In this document: positions 59,701 through 64,000 of the stretch, piece after piece
Position numbering within the stretch: position 1 is the stretch's first letter
Layout of the letters: each line of letters begins with the position of its first letter
Assembly: GCA_050253415.1 (NCBI GenBank)
Contig: JBFWJC010000001.1
Span: 1,512,679-1,576,678, forward strand
Direction of reading: 5' to 3'
DNA: 64,000 bases
Origin: Pedobacter sp.
Lineage (GTDB): Bacteria; Desulfobacterota; Desulfuromonadia; Desulfuromonadales; Syntrophotaleaceae
Made by a program: the position numbers and the translations under genes
The notes under the pieces: model-generated
Told to the model about the DNA's origin: nothing
The model's database searches: none
Seen by the model: the letters and a program-made list of their open reading frames with translations, nothing else

Positions 59701-60197
59701 AAGAAGTTCGCCTGTGCGGTGTCGTCAGCGGCATCAGGGATCTGATGACCAAAAAAAACGAACGCATGGCCTTCGTTACTCTGGAAGATCTGAGCGGCTT
59801 CGTGGAGATGGTGGTTTTTCCCGAAACCTATCGCGAAGCGGCGGAATGGCTGCACAGCGATCAGCCTCTGCTGGTTACCGGTACAGTGGAAGTTTCCGAA
59901 GATTCCCGCAAACTCATGCCGAGGGAGATCCTGCCGCTGCAGGAGGTCAGTCGCAAAGAGACCAAGCGGGTTCACATTCGCTTTCAGGTTCCGGGAATGT
60001 TGGAAGATCAGTTGCACCGGTTACGGGAAATTATTCAGCGTCATCGGGGTAACTGTCCGGTTCTCATGCATCTGGTGATTCCCGATATGAGCGAGACCGT
60101 GTTGCGTCTTCCGGAAACCCTTAAAATTGCGCCAACGGATGAAATGATGGAAGACACCGAGCGCTTGTTTGGGTACAATGTGGTGACTTTCGAATAA
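56727..60197 (+). CDS. dnaE: DNA polymerase III alpha subunit
   Basis: HLHVHTQYSLLDG; GPGRGSAAGS; MPDIDVDF; YGFNKSH; start trimmed to MEKAP. Confidence 0.97.
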   Translation: MEKAPFVHLHVHTQYSLLDGAIRIGDLAKRAEACGMPAMAITDHGNMFGAAEFFSKLKGSSVKPIVGCEVYVAPGSRFEKSNVRGGDKAYHLVLLCQDIEGYRNLCRMVSSGYREGFYYKPRIDWELLRKHNKGLIALTACLGGELPTLITQGKHDQALARARDMASIFDEERLYLELQENFIAEQKAVNAGLITIGKELGLPLVATNDCHYLTREAASAHEVLLCVQTGKTMDDPNRFRFSNDEFYVKTPQEMAELFHYAPEALANTLVIADRCNLELDFDTYHFPQYEKPAEKTLAQVLEEDSWKGLEDRLVEIRKIRPDLSAEQEQVYRDRLVRELECINSMGFPGYFLIVADFINWAKDNGIPVGPGRGSAAGSLVAYAIRITDIDPIPYNLLFERFLNPERVSMPDIDVDFCIYGREDVIEYVRQKYGEENVAQIITFGTMMAKGVIRDVGRALNLAYGDVDKIAKLVPTVLNITLKDALEQEPRLQELYDKDPQVKQLLDIALTLEGLTRHASTHAAGVVVTPKPLSEYLPLYTDPKSGGQVTQFPMKFVEKIGLVKFDFLGLKTLTVIANAVRLIREGKDPEFDLTLVRDDDPDTYRLLSAGETTGVFQLESSGMKELLIKLKPSCFEDIIAVCALYRPGPLGSGMVDDFILRKHGKKDITYDFPQLEPILKDTYGVIVYQEQVMLIAQVLARYSLGGADLLRRAMGKKKPEEMAKQKEIFMAGAGENELDAKKAEAVFDLMEKFAAYGFNKSHSAAYALVAYHTAYLKTHYPVEFMAALLTEDMENTDKVIKNINEVRSMGIEVLPPDINASSSSFTVHDKSIRFGLGAVKGVGGAAIEAILDARKEEPFAALNDFCERCDLRKVNKKVIEALIKCGAFDTLGGRRAQFLAVLEEAMDIGQKMQREKEQGQASLFGTDEIVSQRGTSYGELPEMEEWPDKVKLGFEKEALGFYITGHPLGRYKEVIRRFANCTTAELAERADKEEVRLCGVVSGIRDLMTKKNERMAFVTLEDLSGFVEMVVFPETYREAAEWLHSDQPLLVTGTVEVSEDSRKLMPREILPLQEVSRKETKRVHIRFQVPGMLEDQLHRLREIIQRHRGNCPVLMHLVIPDMSETVLRLPETLKIAPTDEMMEDTERLFGYNVVTFE

Positions 60198-60279
60198 AAA
60201 ATATCCACGTCTGTGCCTGGTCGTCAGCAGTGCCGGGTATCATCGTACCATTGTACAGACAAGGATCTAGGAGAGGTTC

Positions 60280-61233
60280 ATGCAATTTTATCTGGAGTTT
60301 GAAAAACCCCTTGTCGCGCTGGAACAGAAGCTTAACGAGTTGCGGGGCTATTCCACTGACGAGGTCGATTTTTCTGGGGAAATCGTGAAACTGGAAAAAA
60401 AGGCCGAAAAATTGCGGCGCGAAATCTTTTCCAATCTTAACCGCTGGCAATTAACCCAGTTGGCGCGTCATATCAACCGTCCCTTTACGCTCGATTTTGT
60501 CAAACATATCTTTACCGACTGGTTTGAAGTCCACGGCGATCGCAATTTTCGCGATGATCCCGCTTTGGTGTGTGGTTTTGCCCGTTTCGAGGGACAGCCC
60601 TGTGCCGTCATAGGGCATCAGAAGGGGCGGGACACTAAAGAAAAAGTTTACCGTAACTTCGGCATGCCCAATCCCGAAGGCTATCGTAAAGCCCTGCGGG
60701 TCATGCAGATGGCTGAGCAATTCGGTCTGCCCATTTTCACCTTTGTCGATACCCCTGGAGCGTTTCCCGGTATCGGTGCCGAGGAGCGCGGACAAGCCGA
60801 AGCGATAGCTCGCAATCTGCGCGAAATGTCTGCCCTTAAAGTGCCCGTTATTGTAACCGTTACCGGTGAAGGCGGATCGGGCGGCGCGTTGGCCATCGCA
60901 GTCGGTAACAGGGTACTTATGATGGAGCATGCGGTCTACTCGGTTATTTCCCCGGAAGGCTGTGCCGCTATATTGTGGAAGGATGGCACCAAAGGGGCGG
61001 AAGCGGCCGAGGCTTTGAAACTGACGGCGCGTGATATCGAAAAGCTGGGCTGCGTCATCGATGACGTGATTCCCGAGCCGTTGGGTGGTGCGCATGTCGA
61101 TCATGAGGCCGCCGCCGAAATGGTGCGTATCTGCCTTAAAAAGCACCTGGATGAGTTAAATCAATTGTCGCCGGATGAACTTCGGGAGCAGCGTTATCAA
61201 AAACTGCGTTCCATGACTATTGTTCAGGAATAG
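60280..61233 (+). CDS. accA: acetyl-CoA carboxylase carboxyltransferase alpha subunit
   Basis: YLEFEKP; GMPNPEGYRKA; GEGGSGGA. Confidence 0.97.
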   Translation: MQFYLEFEKPLVALEQKLNELRGYSTDEVDFSGEIVKLEKKAEKLRREIFSNLNRWQLTQLARHINRPFTLDFVKHIFTDWFEVHGDRNFRDDPALVCGFARFEGQPCAVIGHQKGRDTKEKVYRNFGMPNPEGYRKALRVMQMAEQFGLPIFTFVDTPGAFPGIGAEERGQAEAIARNLREMSALKVPVIVTVTGEGGSGGALAIAVGNRVLMMEHAVYSVISPEGCAAILWKDGTKGAEAAEALKLTARDIEKLGCVIDDVIPEPLGGAHVDHEAAAEMVRICLKKHLDELNQLSPDELREQRYQKLRSMTIVQE

Positions 61234-61239
61234 AGCTTT

Positions 61240-62208
61240 ATGATATCTCCTGCCACCGGTGAAAATGAAGCTGGCAGCGGGTTCAGCGTCATCGGGCTTG
61301 GGCAGTGTTCCCTCGATATACTGGGTTGCGTACCTTGCTATCCAGCCGTGGATAGCAAGGTCGATCTGACTGATACCCTTATCCAGGGTGGCGGCCCTGT
61401 GGCCACCGCCCTGGTCGTTTTGGCACGCCTGGGTGAAAACACAGCTTTTGTCGGAAAGATCGGAGATGACGATTTTGGTCTGCGTATTCGACAGGGGCTC
61501 CAGGACGAAGGCGTTGACTGTCGCTATTTGCTGACCGATACCGGCGCTACCAGCCAGTTTTCGTTTGTTGCAGTCGACCAACACCACGGTTCGCGTAATA
61601 TCTTCTGCCATCGCGGCAGTGCCGTGCCTCTTGGTGAAGACGCGTTTCCTGCAGGCTCTTTGCGCGATAGCCGCATATTGCACCTGGATGGATCTCATCC
61701 GGATGCCGCGGTTGCCGCCGCCCGCCTGGCCCGCCAGTCAGGCATGGTCATCGTGCTCGATGGTGGAAGCTGGCGCCCCGGATTGGAACCTTTGTTGCCT
61801 TATGTTGATCACCTTGTGGTCAGTGAGACATTCGCCAAAGCCTTGTGTCCGGGAAGTTCATCGCGGCAGACTTTAGAACTTTTGATGGCTTACGGGGCAC
61901 AGGCCGTCACCGTTACGCTCGGGTCGAAGGGCAGTTGGACTTTGTCACGAACCGGGAATATGTTTCACCAGCCAGCTTTCGATGTGGCGGTGGTTGACAC
62001 GACCGGTTGCGGTGATGTGTTTCATGGTGGGTATATCTATGGTTTGCTGCAGTGTTGGCCATTGGATTACACTGTCCGCTTTGCAGCGGCCTGTGCGGCC
62101 ATCAAGGCTACGGCTCTCGGCGGGCGCAGTGCCATTCCCGAGCTTGCCATGGTTAAAAGGTTTTTGGCCGACGCTTCGGGCAGTCATGAGTTGCAAGGCC
62201 CTGCCTGA
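61240..62208 (+). CDS. PfkB family carbohydrate kinase
   Basis: GGGPVATA; DTTGCGDVFHGG. Confidence 0.92.
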   Translation: MISPATGENEAGSGFSVIGLGQCSLDILGCVPCYPAVDSKVDLTDTLIQGGGPVATALVVLARLGENTAFVGKIGDDDFGLRIRQGLQDEGVDCRYLLTDTGATSQFSFVAVDQHHGSRNIFCHRGSAVPLGEDAFPAGSLRDSRILHLDGSHPDAAVAAARLARQSGMVIVLDGGSWRPGLEPLLPYVDHLVVSETFAKALCPGSSSRQTLELLMAYGAQAVTVTLGSKGSWTLSRTGNMFHQPAFDVAVVDTTGCGDVFHGGYIYGLLQCWPLDYTVRFAAACAAIKATALGGRSAIPELAMVKRFLADASGSHELQGPA

Positions 62209-62230
62209 GGAATATTGAAAATTTCGCTAG

Positions 62231-63013
62231 ATGAGCGCCAGGGTTGTTATGTTCTCTCAAATTATTCGATGGATAGGGGTTGTTGCACTGCTGGCGGGTC
62301 TGCTGAGCGGTTGTGGCGGCGGCTATAACACCCGGGTTGTTGATTCACCTTCTACTGCAGGGCTGAAGGGGCACCAGAAACCCTATACCGTGAACGGGCA
62401 GATGTATCATCCCATGGCCTCCTGTGAGGGTTTTGTACAGGACGGATTGGCCAGCTGGTATGGTCCTGACTTCCATGGAAAAAAGACCAGCAACGGCGAA
62501 ATCTACAATATGCACGCCATGACAGCGGCTCACAAAACCCTGCCTTTGGGGACCAGTGTCCGGGTTAGCAACCAGAATAACGGTCGCCAGGAAATTGTGC
62601 GTATCAATGACCGGGGACCGTTTGTAGGTACTCGCATCATCGACCTGTCATACGAGGCTGCCAAACGTTTGGGCGTAGTTGGTCCAGGGACAGCTCCGGT
62701 CCGCATCGAAGCTCTTGGCATTGCGCAAACCGATGCGCAGGGAAATCAAACGTATATACCCTCAGGGAACTACGAATCGGGTAACTACGCGGTTCAGATC
62801 GGCGCGTTCAGCCTGCGTGACAATGCGCAACGGCTTGCCAGCAGATATCAGCAGAAGTTAGGCAATGCCTTGATCAAGCAGGGATGGGTTGCTGGTAAGC
62901 TTTTTTATAGAGTATGGGTCGGACGTTACGATTCCCTGACAGCCGCTTATGCAGCCAGTGATGAATTCGGACGCGCAGGATATGGGAACAGCTTTGTCGT
63001 TGCACTTGATTGA
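62231..63013 (+). CDS. rlpA: septal ring lytic transglycosylase RlpA (lipoprotein, DPBB plus SPOR)
   Basis: LSGC lipobox; GLASWYG; TAAHKTLP; INDRGPF; VQIGAF SPOR motif. Confidence 0.93.
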   Translation: MSARVVMFSQIIRWIGVVALLAGLLSGCGGGYNTRVVDSPSTAGLKGHQKPYTVNGQMYHPMASCEGFVQDGLASWYGPDFHGKKTSNGEIYNMHAMTAAHKTLPLGTSVRVSNQNNGRQEIVRINDRGPFVGTRIIDLSYEAAKRLGVVGPGTAPVRIEALGIAQTDAQGNQTYIPSGNYESGNYAVQIGAFSLRDNAQRLASRYQQKLGNALIKQGWVAGKLFYRVWVGRYDSLTAAYAASDEFGRAGYGNSFVVALD

Positions 63014-63107
63014 TTAGCGATATTTGCTTATCGGCACCGAGCTTGTTCCGGATTAACGTGCCTGGTTGGTTATTATGGAATACGTAAGTCACGAAGACAG
63101 GTCATAC

Positions 63108-64000
63108 ATGGAAAATATCGCGTCCATTGAAGCGATCATACAGCAGCGCCTCGAATTGCCCACTCCGCCCAATGTCGTTTTTCGGTTGCTTGAAGTTATC
63201 AAGGATGAAGAGCGTTCTTTTAAGGAAATCGGCGACATTATCAGCAAAGATCCCTCTTTGACCGCCAAGATGATGAAAGTGGCGAATTCCTCCATTTTCG
63301 GTTTGTGTGGAAAAATCAGTACTATCGAAAGCGCTCTGGCTGTACTGGGGATCAATGTGATTCGTAATATTGCGCTGTCATTTGTGATTATCGATGGTGT
63401 CAAGGCCCCTTCCTCGAGCGTTTTTGACATTGAGTACTTCTGGAAACGCGCCATTACCGCTGCCGTAGCAGGAGAGATTCTCGCTACCCATATCCATTTC
63501 CATAGTGTTGATACCTTTCTGTGCAGTCTTCTTAAAGATATCGGCGTACTGGTCATGTATAAGCAGTTGGCCGAAGAATACAAGCAGATCCTGTTGCTGA
63601 AAGCCTATGCCGGCAGTCGGAGCTTTCCGGTGGAACGGGAGCTTGTCGGTTTCGATCATGGTCAGTTAGGCGGGCTCATGCTCAAACAGTGGGGGTTGCC
63701 TGAGAGTATCTACCTGCCTATTTTTCATCACCATGATGAGGTACCATCTTCCTCGCCCCATGGCACGTTGATCGGCATCCTTAATGTTGCCGATATGCTC
63801 TCTGCTCTTTATCATGGTGCGGCTGACTGTCGCACCCTTGACGATGCCCATGCGCTTCTTCACAGCCGCTTCGGTATGGATAAAATAGCCGCCAACCAGA
63901 TGATTGACTCCCTGGCGGACAAGACCGTCGAGATCCTGAACTATTTTGATATCGATCCGGGCGAGATGAAACCTCTGTCGCAGCTGTTGCAGGAAGCCAA
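63108..64000 (+). CDS. HDOD-domain signalling protein (3' end truncated by the window)
   Basis: Not in the ORF track (open at the edge). MENIASIEAIIQQRLELPTPP...KDPSLTAKMMKVANSSIFG...FLCSLLKDIG; alternative ATG at 63075. Confidence 0.85.
   Translation, partial: MENIASIEAIIQQRLELPTPPNVVFRLLEVIKDEERSFKEIGDIISKDPSLTAKMMKVANSSIFGLCGKISTIESALAVLGINVIRNIALSFVIIDGVKAPSSSVFDIEYFWKRAITAAVAGEILATHIHFHSVDTFLCSLLKDIGVLVMYKQLAEEYKQILLLKAYAGSRSFPVERELVGFDHGQLGGLMLKQWGLPESIYLPIFHHHDEVPSSSPHGTLIGILNVADMLSALYHGAADCRTLDDAHALLHSRFGMDKIAANQMIDSLADKTVEILNYFDIDPGEMKPLSQLLQEA

Noticed and set aside
63089..63863. Minus-strand ORFs at the window end
   Set aside because: They are antisense to the plus-strand HDOD gene that runs off the window.

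Overview
Chromosomal core region of a Desulfuromonadales-like deltaproteobacterium (gene content and order resemble Pelobacter/Syntrophotalea/Desulfuromonas; taxonomy is inferred). 1-31.7 kb is one minus-strand flagellar cluster: TPR protein, flgBC, fliEFGHIJ, motE-like, fliK, flgD, TIGR02530-type protein, flgE, motAB, fliLMNOPQR, flhBAFG, fliA, flgFGAHIJMN. 32.1-41.6 kb is a divergent chemotaxis cluster (cheA, cheW, cheR, cheB, cheD, HDOD, two cheY, two cheX-like, a CheC-like fusion), followed by a convergent FleQ/FgrM-like sigma54 activator. 43-64 kb is housekeeping: AmmeMemoRadiSam A, typA, miaB, PHP, M42 peptidase, guaB, guaA, WYL regulator, maf, dnaE, accA, pfkB, rlpA and an HDOD protein. 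I found no rRNA, tRNA, CRISPR or transposase. Most notable observations: (1) a WYL regulator with a perfect 7-N7-7 palindrome at the promoter of an unknown 108-aa gene upstream of maf, a candidate LexA-independent damage-response module; (2) a family of intergenic periodic repeats that fold as long RNA hairpins, including two different heptamer arrays that pair well only on the transcribed strand; (3) a compact two-hairpin element between the TIGR02530 gene and flgE; (4) a CheA with two Hpt domains, a 9-Cys insert and MshEN-like motifs; (5) a CheD whose catalytic His is replaced by Pro; (6) Na+-type stator signatures. All family calls come from motif recognition by eye, not database searches.
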